Part shown: positions 1-8,665 of the stretch, one piece after another | Numbering within the stretch: position 1 is the stretch's first letter | How the letters are laid out: every line of letters begins with the position of its first letter | Assembly: GCA_045589395.1 (NCBI GenBank) | Contig: JAZNOZ010000007.1 | Span: 99,304-131,303 of the forward strand | Direction of reading: 5' to 3' | DNA from: Acutalibacteraceae bacterium | GTDB taxonomy: Bacteria; Bacillota; Clostridia; Oscillospirales; Acutalibacteraceae | Length of the DNA: 32,000 nt | Notes under the pieces: generated by a model | The model's input: only the letters and a program-made list of their open reading frames with translations | Databases searched by the model: none | What the model was told of the DNA's origin: nothing | Position numbers and translations under genes: made by a program

Positions 1-78
1 AAACAAAAAATATTATGTCAAGATATTGTTTTTCAAAATATATTGGTGTAAAATTATTATAATGACTACAAGGAGAAT

Positions 79-1029
79 ATGTTTATGAATATGATACGGA
101 ATATATACCGTGACGCGGTTTTCTCAAGAGCAGACGAAACAGATGCGGTTTTTTATTTTTCGCATAAAGATTTTGAAAATCTGACCTGTGTTGAATTTCC
201 CTTCTCCTCTTCACACGGTCATACTTTACAGGGGTATTTTTATTCCTACCCGAATCCCGTTAACGGAAGACTTATTATTTTTGACCACGGTATGGGCTCA
301 GGGCACACGGGATATATGAAAGAAATTGAAAAGCTGGCTTCTCACGGCTTCCTTGTATTCGCATATGACCACACAGGCTGTATGAAATCAGGCGGCGAAA
401 CAACGGGCGGTTTTGTTCAGTCACTCAAAGACCTCAATGATGCAATAAATGCGCTAAGAACAACCGAGGAATATAAAAATACGGACATTTCCGTAATCGG
501 TCACAGCTGGGGCGCTTTTTCAACCATGAACATCTGTGCACTGCATCCCGAAATTTCTCATATTGTTGCTTTGTCCGGTTTTATTTCGGTTGAAAGCTTT
601 ATGAAACAGAATCTCGGTGCTTTTTATAAAAAAATCTATGCGGAAGAGGAAATAATAAATCCCGAATTCATAAAATACAATGCAACAGAATCTCTTAACA
701 AAACCGAAGCACACACACTTATTATCCATTCTGCCGATGACAAAATGGTAAAATGTGCTTCTTCATTTGATGTGCTACAGAAAGAACTGTCACACAAAAA
801 AAATATCCGTTTTCTGAAAGTAAACGGCAAAAATCATAACCCAAATTATACCCTTGATGCTGTTGAATACAAGGATGATTTCTTTTTTGAATACCGCAAG
901 GCTATGAAAAGAAATATTTTCAAGTCAACCGAAGAAAAACATACATTCAGGAACAAGTTTGATTGGAACAGAATGACACAGCAGGATGAAGCTATCTGGA
1001 ACATAATTTTTGAAACATTAGACAAATAA
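79..1029 (+). CDS. alpha/beta-fold serine hydrolase (esterase / dienelactone-hydrolase-like)
   Basis: 316-aa ORF with the nucleophile-elbow motif GHSWG. HSADD and GKNHNP could supply the Asp and His of the triad. AGGAG at 71-75 is only 3 nt from ATG 79, so ATG 85 may be the real start. Confidence 0.7.
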   Translation: MFMNMIRNIYRDAVFSRADETDAVFYFSHKDFENLTCVEFPFSSSHGHTLQGYFYSYPNPVNGRLIIFDHGMGSGHTGYMKEIEKLASHGFLVFAYDHTGCMKSGGETTGGFVQSLKDLNDAINALRTTEEYKNTDISVIGHSWGAFSTMNICALHPEISHIVALSGFISVESFMKQNLGAFYKKIYAEEEIINPEFIKYNATESLNKTEAHTLIIHSADDKMVKCASSFDVLQKELSHKKNIRFLKVNGKNHNPNYTLDAVEYKDDFFFEYRKAMKRNIFKSTEEKHTFRNKFDWNRMTQQDEAIWNIIFETLDK

Positions 1030-1044
1030 ATACATAAAAATAGT

Positions 1045-1090
1045 AAAGCCACCGATATACCGCTAAAAGGTAACCGATGGCTTTTTCTTA
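1045..1090. terminator. bidirectional rho-independent terminator between convergent genes
   Basis: Interrupted hairpin AAAGCCA(C)CG...CG(A)TGGCTTT with an inner TACC/GGTA pairing. It is followed by a T-run on the plus strand and preceded by an A-rich run, which is T-rich on the minus strand. Confidence 0.55.
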
Positions 1091-2158
1091 AGCTTTTCTT
1101 TTATTTTTTTTATACATTACGAGGGCAAGCAGCAGAGCACTAACACCTGAAACAAGCTTGCCTACAAAAAGATACGGCACATATCCGTCATTGAAAGACA
1201 GCGTAAATGCAAGATGATCAATAAAAACAAAAGATGCGGAAACTGCAAATGCAGAATTAAGTACTATTCCTTTTTTATCCATTTTGTCAACGCATTCAAA
1301 AGTCGTAACACAAGTACCGAGTGTTGACAGCAAGCCGAATGTAGATATTTCATTGATGCCGAACATTTTTCCTATGCCACGAAGAACAACCTTAAGAAGC
1401 TTATTTAATATAGCAAACACCGGGAATGCACCTGCCATTACACAGGCTATATTTATTATAACCTTCATAGAGTTTTCAAGAGTATCAACATAGGGCAAAG
1501 CTTTATATCCTGTTAAAAATTCAATGATACCGATAACAAGACCGACAACTATAACAAGCTGTATCACAAAAGCAAGTGCCTTGAAAAACTTTATCATAAA
1601 AGAACGGAATTTAATAAGCCCTAATGCTATAAGTGCAGCAATAACAAGCAGCGGTACAAGATCAAGCAGAATATTCCATACAGAAAATCCGAGCATTAAA
1701 CCCGCCACAACACATCCTACGGGAATTGTTACAATGCCGCATAAAATACCCAAAAGTATGTCGGAATGATACTTTTTATCAGCAACCTGCAAAGCATAAG
1801 GAATTATAAATGATACTGTACAGCCCATCATAGATGAAACAATAAGTCCGTTGAAATATCCCATTTCATCACTGTTTGCAAGATTCAGTGCAAGCGGTGC
1901 CCCGCCCATATCATTTGCAAGTATACAAGACGGTATTATTGAAAAATCCAAAAATTCAGGAAAAACATCTGCAACTGAGCTAAGCAGATGTGAAATAAGA
2001 GGTGCCATAATAAGCATACCTGTCATTGACAAAGTAAGCGGTCCGAGCATCATTATTCCTTTTTCAAATTCCTTACCCAGTCCCAGCTTACTGCCGAAAA
2101 TTCTGTCTGTTGCAGCAATAACAGCAAAAGCGATAAAAACATAAGTAACTATTTCCAT
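1088..2158 (-). CDS. eutH: EutH-family polytopic membrane permease (ethanolamine-utilisation protein H homolog)
   Basis: 356-aa multi-TM ORF. From memory it aligns with EutH along its whole length (ATDRIFG..., ANDMGGAP, GIVTIPVGCV, AFAVSASFVFIDHLAFT, VGKL). No other eut genes are nearby. Confidence 0.7.
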   Translation of the reverse strand: MEIVTYVFIAFAVIAATDRIFGSKLGLGKEFEKGIMMLGPLTLSMTGMLIMAPLISHLLSSVADVFPEFLDFSIIPSCILANDMGGAPLALNLANSDEMGYFNGLIVSSMMGCTVSFIIPYALQVADKKYHSDILLGILCGIVTIPVGCVVAGLMLGFSVWNILLDLVPLLVIAALIALGLIKFRSFMIKFFKALAFVIQLVIVVGLVIGIIEFLTGYKALPYVDTLENSMKVIINIACVMAGAFPVFAILNKLLKVVLRGIGKMFGINEISTFGLLSTLGTCVTTFECVDKMDKKGIVLNSAFAVSASFVFIDHLAFTLSFNDGYVPYLFVGKLVSGVSALLLALVMYKKNKRKA

Positions 2159-2161
2159 AAT

Positions 2162-3037
2162 TTATCCGACAACACCTTTTGAAGAATAATCAACAAGAGA
2201 AATATTAATATCAACATCTCCCGCTATACCGTCTACTCTGCCCTTATCGGTATACTGCCATATTTTATAGTCATAGTAAAAAGACGGTGTTGAGAAATAT
2301 TCTGCAAGCCAGAAATGATAGTTATTTATCTTTGATAAGTCATAGTTAAAATATCCGAGCTCACGGTTAAAGTATATAACGGTTTCATATCCGGCATTTT
2401 CAATAACCTCACAAAAAGCATTTGCACAAGCCGTTATCTGCTGTGTAGTCATATTTTTTGTTCTCGCGCTATCATCATATTCTATAGTTTCCCAATCATA
2501 TGCAACGGGATAGGTTATATTATAATCCGAAATAATGTCAAGCACAAACCGTGCTTCTTGGGCAGCTTCAGCCTCAGTTATCGCCTGAGAGAAAAAATAT
2601 ACACCTACATTAATTCCTGCAGCAAGGGCATTTTTGCAATTCTCCCTGAATTTTTCATCCTCATTAAGTGTGCCGCTTTCTCCGTAGCCTCTGAAGCCGG
2701 CTCTTATCATTACAAAATCAATACCGTCTGCTTTGACCTTGCTCCAGTCAATATCACCCTGAAATACAGAAACATCTATACCCGTGAATGTTCTTACAGT
2801 CGGGTCAGAATAATATACTCTGTCCTTTTCATCCTTAAGAAATTTCTCAGCCTGAAGCTGTGTTGTTTCTACATCTTCATATACAGGCACAAAATTACCG
2901 TTTTTGTCGGTCATAAACTCCCCTGTTGCTTCCTGAGTTTCTTGCTCACCCGAAAAGAAATCAAGACTGCACGAAGCAAAAACAAAAACAATTATTAAAA
3001 ACACTGCAATTAAACTTATACCGAATTTATTTTTCAT
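2162..3037 (-). CDS. GH25 family muramidase (lysozyme), predicted lipoprotein
   Basis: GH25 hallmarks GIDVSVFQGDIDWSKVKADGIDFVMIRAG, GVYFFS and AYDWE. The N-terminus MKNKFGISLIAVFLIIVFVFASC has a lipobox-like FASC. The ORF extends to 3049, but ATG 3037 follows a GGGTGGT Shine-Dalgarno-like sequence, so I prefer it. Confidence 0.85.
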   Translation of the reverse strand: MKNKFGISLIAVFLIIVFVFASCSLDFFSGEQETQEATGEFMTDKNGNFVPVYEDVETTQLQAEKFLKDEKDRVYYSDPTVRTFTGIDVSVFQGDIDWSKVKADGIDFVMIRAGFRGYGESGTLNEDEKFRENCKNALAAGINVGVYFFSQAITEAEAAQEARFVLDIISDYNITYPVAYDWETIEYDDSARTKNMTTQQITACANAFCEVIENAGYETVIYFNRELGYFNYDLSKINNYHFWLAEYFSTPSFYYDYKIWQYTDKGRVDGIAGDVDINISLVDYSSKGVVG

Positions 3038-3049
3038 TTTACCACCCAT

Positions 3050-3082
3050 AAGAAAACAGCTTAGCCGTAGATTTACGGCTAA
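3050..3082 (-). promoter_or_regulatory. terminator-like hairpin inside the lysozyme 5' leader (possible attenuator)
   Basis: On the minus-strand RNA, UUAGCCGUA-AAUC-UACGGCUAA forms a 9-bp perfect stem. It is followed by GCUGUUUUCUU and lies about 12 nt upstream of the Shine-Dalgarno sequence. Confidence 0.45.
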
Positions 3083-3143
3083 ACATTTTCGGATAGTCCA
3101 TCGCCGAGGGAAATTTACTTCCCGTTAGGCGGGACACAAAATC

Positions 3144-3186
3144 TTTTTTTGCTTTATAGGAAGAACTTTCCTATAAAGCAAAAAAA
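3144..3186. repeat. perfect 19-bp inverted repeat (palindromic hairpin, 5-nt loop)
   Basis: TTTTTTTGCTTTATAGGAA / gaact / TTCCTATAAAGCAAAAAAA. Every position from 3144-3162 pairs with 3168-3186. Confidence 0.9.
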
Positions 3187-3222
3187 CAGACATACATTGT
3201 CGAAAAAACGAAATGTATGCCT
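3181..3222 (-). terminator. rho-independent terminator of metA
   Basis: Minus-strand RNA AGGCAUACAUU-(13 nt)-AAUGUAUGUCU forms an 11-bp stem with one G.U pair, followed by GUUUUUU. It lies about 45 nt after the metA stop codon. Confidence 0.7.
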
Positions 3223-3251
3223 ATTATAATGTTTTTTTGAGTTTAATTCAA
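3223..3251 (-). promoter_or_regulatory. sigma-A-type promoter candidate for the lysozyme transcript
   Basis: On the minus strand, TTGAAT (3251-3246), a 17-nt spacer, then TATAAT (3228-3223). The -10 box abuts the 5' arm of the metA terminator hairpin. Confidence 0.5.
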
Positions 3252-3266
3252 CTGTTTGTTTCTTAA

Positions 3267-4193
3267 TTATTTATTATTTTTCAGTTCGTTAAGGTCATAA
3301 GGTGTTGTCTGATATACAAAATAATTAAGCCAGTTGCAATAAAGCAGGTTTGCGTGTGCGCGCCAGCGGACAATCGGAGGTAAGTCGGGGTTATTATCAG
3401 GATAATAATTAACGGGAACATCAATTTCAAGCCCCTTGTTTACATCGCGCACATATTCCTCATGAAGAGTAAGCGGATCATATTCGGAGTGTCCCATAAT
3501 AAATACCTGCTTACCCTTTTCTGTTGCAACCGCATAAACACCTGCATCCTCAGAAGAAGCAAGTATACGCAATTCGGGTACTTTTTCTATCTCCTCGCGC
3601 TTAACGGTTGTGTGACGGGAATGAGGCACCCAGAAAATATCATCAAAACCTCTGAATAAAATGGAGCGTTTATATTCAACTGTGTGCTTGAAAACACCGA
3701 ACATTTTTTTATTAAGAGGACTTTTCTGTACACCGAAATGATAATAAAGCCCTGCCTGTGCACCCCAGCAGATGTGAAATGTGCTGTGAACATGAGTTTT
3801 GCTCCATTCCATAATTTCGCAAAGCTCTTCCCAATAATCGACCTGTTCAAACTCGAGCTGTTCTACGGGAGCACCGGTAATTACCATTCCGTCAAAATAC
3901 TTATCCTTTATATCATCAAAGGTCTTATAAAAAGCAAGAAGATGCTCTTCAGATACATGAGAAGGTCTGTGAGTTGCGGTCATTATCAGTTCAAGCTCTA
4001 TCTGCAAAGGAGTGTTACCGAGAATTCTTGATAGCTGTGTTTCCGTTGCAATCTTCTTTGGCATAAGGTTGAGCACAAGTATTTTAAGAGGTCGTATATC
4101 CTGTGTCATAGCTCTGTTATCTGTCATAACAAAGATATTTTCCTCATTAAGAGTTTTTACGGCAGGCAATTCGTTAGGAATTTTTATGGGCAT
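3267..4193 (-). CDS. metA: homoserine O-acyltransferase (MetA family, O-acetyl/O-succinyl)
   Basis: 308 aa starting [23 protein letters not shown]...[14 protein letters not shown]. Active-site region HICWGAQAG. Full-length MetA architecture. Confidence 0.92.
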   Translation of the reverse strand: MPIKIPNELPAVKTLNEENIFVMTDNRAMTQDIRPLKILVLNLMPKKIATETQLSRILGNTPLQIELELIMTATHRPSHVSEEHLLAFYKTFDDIKDKYFDGMVITGAPVEQLEFEQVDYWEELCEIMEWSKTHVHSTFHICWGAQAGLYYHFGVQKSPLNKKMFGVFKHTVEYKRSILFRGFDDIFWVPHSRHTTVKREEIEKVPELRILASSEDAGVYAVATEKGKQVFIMGHSEYDPLTLHEEYVRDVNKGLEIDVPVNYYPDNNPDLPPIVRWRAHANLLYCNWLNYFVYQTTPYDLNELKNNK

Positions 4194-4204
4194 ATTTGTT
4201 CTCC

Positions 4205-5491
4205 TTATTCTATAAATGAAAGAGCCTGTGCAATATCTGCAATAAGGTCTTCGCTGCTCTCAAGACCGCAGGAAAGTCTTACAAGGTCAGAGGGCACGCC
4301 CGCTGCAATAAGCTCTTCTTCAGACATCTGTCTGTGTGTTGAGTTTGCTGGATGCAAGCAACAGGAACGGGCATCGGCAACATGAGTTTCAATAGCAATG
4401 AGCTTGAGATTTTTCATAAAGGTTTCTGCTGCTTTTCTGCCGCCCTTAACACCAAAGCTTACAACACCGCAGGTGCCGTTGGGCATATATTTCTTTGCAA
4501 CTTCATAATATTCGCTTGATTCAAGATCCGCATAATTTACCCATGCAATCTTATCGTTGCTTTCAAGGAATTTTGCAACAGCAAGACCGTTTTCACAATG
4601 TCTTTTCATTCTTACATGAAGACTCTCAAGACCGAGATTAAGAATATATGCATTCTGAGGTGCGGGTGTTGAACCGAAGTCACGCATAAGCTGTGCTGTT
4701 GCCTTTGTGATATATCCGCCTGCAAGACCGAATTTTTCAGCATAGGTAATACCGTGATAGCTGTCATCGGGAGTGCAGAGTCCCGGATATTTTTCCTTGT
4801 GAGCAAGCCAATCGAATTTACCCGAATCAACAATAACACCACCGACTGCAGCACCGTGACCGTCCATATATTTTGTTGTTGAGTGTGTGACAATATCTGC
4901 ACCCCATTCTATGGGACGGCAGTTAACAGGTGTGGGGAAAGTATTGTCTATAATAAGAGGTACACCGTGAGCGTGAGCTACCCTTGCAAATTTTTCAATA
5001 TCAAGAACTTTAAGTGCAGGATTAGCAACGGTTTCACCGAAAACAAGCTTTGTGTTTTCTCTGAAAGCAGCGTGGAGCTCTTCTTCGGAACAATCGGGAT
5101 CAACAAATGTTACATCAATACCCATTTTTTTCATAGTTACGGCAAAGAGGTTGTATGTGCCGCCGTAGATTGCGGAAGAAGCAATAAAATGACCGCCTGT
5201 TTCACAGATATTGAAGGTTGCAAAGAAGTTTGCTGCCTGACCTGATGACAGAAGCATTGCTGCCGTGCCGCCTTCCATATCGCAGATTTTAGCCGCAACA
5301 TAATCACTTGTGGGATTCTGCAGACGGGTATAGAAATATCCGCTTGCTTCAAGATCAAAAAGCTTACCCATATCTTCACTTGTGTCATATTTAAATGTTG
5401 TGCTCTGATAGATAGGAATCTGTCTGGGCTCACCGTTTCCGGGTGTATAACCGCTTTGAACACATTTTGTTTCAATTTTGTAGTTACTCAT
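4205..5491 (-). CDS. metY: O-acetylhomoserine sulfhydrylase / aminocarboxypropyltransferase (PLP-dependent, Cys/Met metabolism family)
   Basis: Carries the PLP-lysine motif [11 protein letters not shown]. It sits 11 nt upstream of metA. The ORF extends to a TTG at 5509, but ATG 5491 is preceded by AAAGGA, so I prefer it. Confidence 0.9.
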   Translation of the reverse strand: MSNYKIETKCVQSGYTPGNGEPRQIPIYQSTTFKYDTSEDMGKLFDLEASGYFYTRLQNPTSDYVAAKICDMEGGTAAMLLSSGQAANFFATFNICETGGHFIASSAIYGGTYNLFAVTMKKMGIDVTFVDPDCSEEELHAAFRENTKLVFGETVANPALKVLDIEKFARVAHAHGVPLIIDNTFPTPVNCRPIEWGADIVTHSTTKYMDGHGAAVGGVIVDSGKFDWLAHKEKYPGLCTPDDSYHGITYAEKFGLAGGYITKATAQLMRDFGSTPAPQNAYILNLGLESLHVRMKRHCENGLAVAKFLESNDKIAWVNYADLESSEYYEVAKKYMPNGTCGVVSFGVKGGRKAAETFMKNLKLIAIETHVADARSCCLHPANSTHRQMSEEELIAAGVPSDLVRLSCGLESSEDLIADIAQALSFIE

Positions 5492-5506
5492 AAAAAACCA
5501 TCCTTT

Positions 5507-5785
5507 CAAAAAGAAGCTCCCGTCCTTACATAAGGACGAGAGCAGAAAATACTTCGTGTTACCACCTTAATTTACGGCTATCTCACAATAACCGCCTTTA
5601 TGGGTATAAATTATACCCTGATGCTTTAACGGGCACTCACGCCGCAGCCTTGTGCTAAAAATACATTCGGTGCGGAACTCAGGGGCCATCTTCAGCAATA
5701 ACTCTTGCGCTTTCTTCCACCGACAAAAGCTCTCTGTAGCAATAATTACAGCCTACTCTTCCCATCACAGTTTTTAGAAATATAC
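5507..5785 (-). promoter_or_regulatory. T-box riboswitch leader (tRNA-sensing antiterminator), probable Met specifier
   Basis: The minus-strand RNA carries, in order:
- a GA/K-turn element GUGAUGGG
- AGUA
- the AG-bulge AGAGAG
- a distal loop GUCGGUGGAA closed by GCUUUU/GAAAGC
- a specifier-loop 3' side GAAGAUGG (AUG = 5689-5687)
- an F-box CCGUUA
- a stem III hairpin CAGGGUAUAAUUUAUACCC
- the T-box AAUUAAGGUGGUAACACG (5572-5555)
- a terminator GCUCUCGUCCUUA-ugu-AAGGACGGGAGC plus UUCUUUUU (5543-5507). Confidence 0.85.
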
Positions 5786-5789
5786 AAGA

Positions 5790-5818
5790 ATTTTAACATA
5801 CAGCTGTCTTTAAGTCAA
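5790..5818 (-). promoter_or_regulatory. sigma-A-type promoter of the T-box/metY-metA transcript
   Basis: On the minus strand, TTGACT (5818-5813), a 17-nt spacer, then TAAAAT (5795-5790). The -35 box overlaps the TGA stop codon of the GH95 gene. Confidence 0.6.
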
Positions 5819-8163
5819 TACTTTTTAACAGAATAACAGGTATTTGCCTTCAAATTGAACACTGTATTGCCCTGTGAAATTTCAGAGAGTACTTTTTCAT
5901 TGTTTTCGTATATTTCATATTCACCGACCAAAGCACATTTTCTGTCTTCAGCGCAGAACATTTCGCATGCTTCAAGCTGACCGTTTTTCCATTCAAGGGA
6001 TACTTTGATGTTACCTCTTGCGGTAATTGAGTTGATTTTACCGTTTTGCCATTCGGAAGGTAATGCCGGGAAAAGCTTAATTAAGAAAGTGCCGTCTTCA
6101 AGCAAAACATGGCTCTGTAAAAGCATTTCACATATTCCCGAAACAGCACCGAAATTACCGTCTATCTGGAAGGGCGGATGCGCATCAAAGAGATTGGGAT
6201 AAACACCGCCTCCGTTTGAATAGTTGAATTTTCCGGTAATAACAGGATTAAGCAAACGCTTTATAAGTTTATACGCTCTGTCACCGTTATAAAGTCTTGC
6301 CCAGAAATTAATTTTCCATGCTAGTGACCAGCCTGTGCCGTCATCGCCTCTTAAATCGAGTGTCTTTTCACACGCCTTTGCAAGCTCAGGTGTTTTTTCA
6401 ACAGAAATCATAGTGCCGGGATGAAGACCATACAAATGAGAAACATGGCGGTGGTGAATTTCAGGAGCATTTAAATCCCAGTCACCCTCCCATTCGCAAA
6501 GCTGACCTGCTTTACCGATTTTCAATGTAGCAAGCCTGTTTTTTGCTGTCTGAACCTTAGCTTTAAATTCTTCATCAACACCTAAAATATCACAGATATA
6601 AATCATATCGGTGAAATCCTCGTAAAGCATCTCAATATCCATTGCGGTGCCCTTACAAACCCATCCTACATTGCCGTCATCATCTCTGAAGGTATTTTCA
6701 GGCGAGGTTGCAGGACAGGTTACATATGTACCGTCTTCATTTTCAAAAAGAACAGCCAGATTAAAAAGACAGTTTTCCTTAATAACAGGATAAAATTCCT
6801 CAAGAAGAGCTTTATCCATGGTGTAATTATAATATTCAACAAGGTGCTTGCAAAGCCATGCGCCGCCGAGAGGATACTGTGACCATGCGCCGCCCCATCC
6901 GGGAGAGGTCCACAGCCAGGGATTGGTGATTGTATAGATAGTCCATCCTTCAGCATTATAATATGCCTTTGCAGTTTTTCTTCCGTTTTCAACCAATGCC
7001 ACAATAAGCTTTGATAAGGGACGGGTACACTGAACAAGCCCTGCAGGTCCTGCGGGCCAATAGTTCATCTGTACATTTATATTTGCATGATAATCTGCGT
7101 GCCACGGTGCTTTATAATCCTTGCACCATAAGCCCTGTAAGTTTGCAGGAAGAATATTTTCTTCACGGCTGCAGGAAATAAGAAGATATCTGCCGAAATT
7201 GAATAAAAGCGCAACAAGTTGCAAATCATTACCGTATTTCTTGAATCTTTTAAGTCTTTTCGGTAACGGAACATCCGTATTTTCTTCACCAAGCTCCAAT
7301 ATACAGGCATCATAAAGCTTTTTGTAGTCTGCAATATGAGCTTTTTTTATATCATCATATGTCTTTGAGTCAAGCAAAGAAAGACTTTCATGACAAATGC
7401 TGCTCGGTTTTTTATCATTTTTGAACTTTTTTGATTTATCGAGAACATAGTCCGTTGCGGCTGAAAAATACATTACAATTTCAGTTGCTTCTTTAACCTT
7501 AAAAGCTTTCTTATCGGCTTGGGTTTTTCCGTCCGTTTCAACTTTCAGTTCTCCTGCAAAAGCCATATGAGAAGAATTTCCGTCACAGTTTCCCTCAAAA
7601 ACAAAGCCCGTCTGAGTATATTTTATAAGGCTGCAGTCTTCTCTTTCAAATTTCACGGAGCAATTCAGGGATTTTTCCTTATCTGCCGTAATTTTTATGC
7701 ATATAACATTGTCAACTGCAGTAGAAAAATATTCTCTTGAAACCTTTACACCGCTTGTTATAAACTCATCCGAACAAACAGCATTATCAATATCAAGTCT
7801 GCGGGAAAAACCGGAACATCTCTTAATATCAAAGGTCAGATACATATCTCCGAGGGTCTGATATGAGCCTGAATATGCCCCCTCAAAGCCACCGCCGTTA
7901 TTGATAAATTCAGTATCAAGCAAATCCTGTGCTTTTGAAAAATCTTTTTTTGTTATAAGAGTTCTTAATTCTTCAAGATGCTTATATGCCTCTTTTTTAT
8001 CTGCCTCTTCATATGGTTCTCCGCTCCAAAGCGAAATTTCGTTCAACTGTATTCTCAGCTTTTTAGGATGTGAAAAAACCATCGCACCCAGTCTTCCGTT
8101 ACCTATAGGCAAGGCTTCCTCCCAGAGTTTTGCAGGAGCATTAAAACATAATATATTTTTCAT
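5815..8163 (-). CDS. GH95 family glycoside hydrolase (alpha-L-fucosidase type)
   Basis: 782 aa. The N-terminus NAPAKLWEEALPIGNGRLGAMVF...NEISLWSGEP is typical of the GH95 / glyco_hyd_65N_2 family, and the size fits. A GGAGG Shine-Dalgarno sequence precedes the ATG. Confidence 0.8.
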   Translation of the reverse strand: MKNILCFNAPAKLWEEALPIGNGRLGAMVFSHPKKLRIQLNEISLWSGEPYEEADKKEAYKHLEELRTLITKKDFSKAQDLLDTEFINNGGGFEGAYSGSYQTLGDMYLTFDIKRCSGFSRRLDIDNAVCSDEFITSGVKVSREYFSTAVDNVICIKITADKEKSLNCSVKFEREDCSLIKYTQTGFVFEGNCDGNSSHMAFAGELKVETDGKTQADKKAFKVKEATEIVMYFSAATDYVLDKSKKFKNDKKPSSICHESLSLLDSKTYDDIKKAHIADYKKLYDACILELGEENTDVPLPKRLKRFKKYGNDLQLVALLFNFGRYLLISCSREENILPANLQGLWCKDYKAPWHADYHANINVQMNYWPAGPAGLVQCTRPLSKLIVALVENGRKTAKAYYNAEGWTIYTITNPWLWTSPGWGGAWSQYPLGGAWLCKHLVEYYNYTMDKALLEEFYPVIKENCLFNLAVLFENEDGTYVTCPATSPENTFRDDDGNVGWVCKGTAMDIEMLYEDFTDMIYICDILGVDEEFKAKVQTAKNRLATLKIGKAGQLCEWEGDWDLNAPEIHHRHVSHLYGLHPGTMISVEKTPELAKACEKTLDLRGDDGTGWSLAWKINFWARLYNGDRAYKLIKRLLNPVITGKFNYSNGGGVYPNLFDAHPPFQIDGNFGAVSGICEMLLQSHVLLEDGTFLIKLFPALPSEWQNGKINSITARGNIKVSLEWKNGQLEACEMFCAEDRKCALVGEYEIYENNEKVLSEISQGNTVFNLKANTCYSVKKY

Positions 8164-8185
8164 AGCATCAACCTCCGTTTTTTAG

Positions 8186-8214
8186 ATGTTAGCATATATA
8201 TTTTTGCTTGTCAA
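8186..8214 (-). promoter_or_regulatory. sigma-A-type promoter candidate for the GH95 gene
   Basis: On the minus strand, TTGACA (8214-8209), a 17-nt spacer, then TAACAT (8191-8186). Confidence 0.45.
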
Positions 8215-8283
8215 ACAAAAATTTGCTTTACAATTATTGTACCGTGTGTTACCATCATAAAAAACAAAACAAGGAGTAACGCT

Positions 8284-8592
8284 ATGATAAATCATATTAT
8301 TATTTGGAAGCTTGATGAAAAATTAAACGCTGAAGAAAAACAAAAGGTTAAAGCTGAAGCAAAAGAAAATCTTGAAGCTCTCTTCGGGAAAATAGACGGT
8401 CTTACAAAAGTAAAGGTTGAAATAACCCCTCTTGAGTCCTCAAATGCTGATATGCTTCTGTTCACACAGTTTACAGATGAAGGAGCTTTGAAAAATTACC
8501 AGCAGTCCCCCTTGCACAATGCTGTTGCTGATAAATATGTACGCCCCTATACTGTCAGCAGAGCTTGTCTTGACTATATCTGTGAAGATTAA
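8284..8592 (+). CDS. Dabb-family (stress-responsive alpha/beta-barrel) protein
   Basis: 102 aa starting INHIIIWKLDE... with NYQQSPLH, which resembles Dabb. AAGGAG Shine-Dalgarno sequence at 8271-8276. Confidence 0.6.
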   Translation: MINHIIIWKLDEKLNAEEKQKVKAEAKENLEALFGKIDGLTKVKVEITPLESSNADMLLFTQFTDEGALKNYQQSPLHNAVADKYVRPYTVSRACLDYICED

Positions 8593-8613
8593 TAATTAAT
8601 AATTAACACAAAC

Positions 8614-8664
8614 AAAAACTCCTTAATATTTGCCCGAAACAAAGGCTAGTATTAAGGAGTTTTT
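8614..8664. terminator. bidirectional terminator between convergent genes
   Basis: AAAAACTCCTTAATA...TATTAAGGAGTTTTT forms a 15-bp stem with a 21-nt loop. The A/T runs give a U-tract on both strands. Confidence 0.7.
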
Positions 8665-8665
8665 A

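Noticed and set aside
3085-3110. The lysozyme leader contains GGCGAUGG (minus strand, 3105-3098), followed by a hairpin and GCUAAG. This is reminiscent of the 5' core of the fluoride (crcB) riboswitch.
   Set aside because: The rest of the crcB consensus as I remember it is absent: the UCGCC closing P1, AUAAACGC and CUAAUGACUCCUACC. A lysozyme is also not a plausible fluoride-responsive gene. I treat it as a chance 8-mer.
3050-3145. A possible c-di-AMP (ydaO) riboswitch upstream of the cell-wall hydrolase.
   Set aside because: I could not find the conserved ydaO blocks (GGGGGACCCA-like, GGGGUGAAUC, CCGAAnCCGnCAGCUAACCUCGUAAGCG). Only a short CCGAAAA string is similar.
5684-5693. Reading the T-box specifier strictly as GAA-GAU-G, which would make it an Asp T-box.
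   Set aside because: This is not fully rejected. The downstream genes are methionine-specific, and AUG-G sits directly against the lower helix as expected for codon plus purine. Met is therefore the preferred call, and the ambiguity is reported as a finding.
5510-5814. An expected S-box (SAM-I) riboswitch upstream of metY.
   Set aside because: No S-box core features are recognisable. The leader instead has the ordered T-box elements, including GGUGGUAACACG and the F-box.
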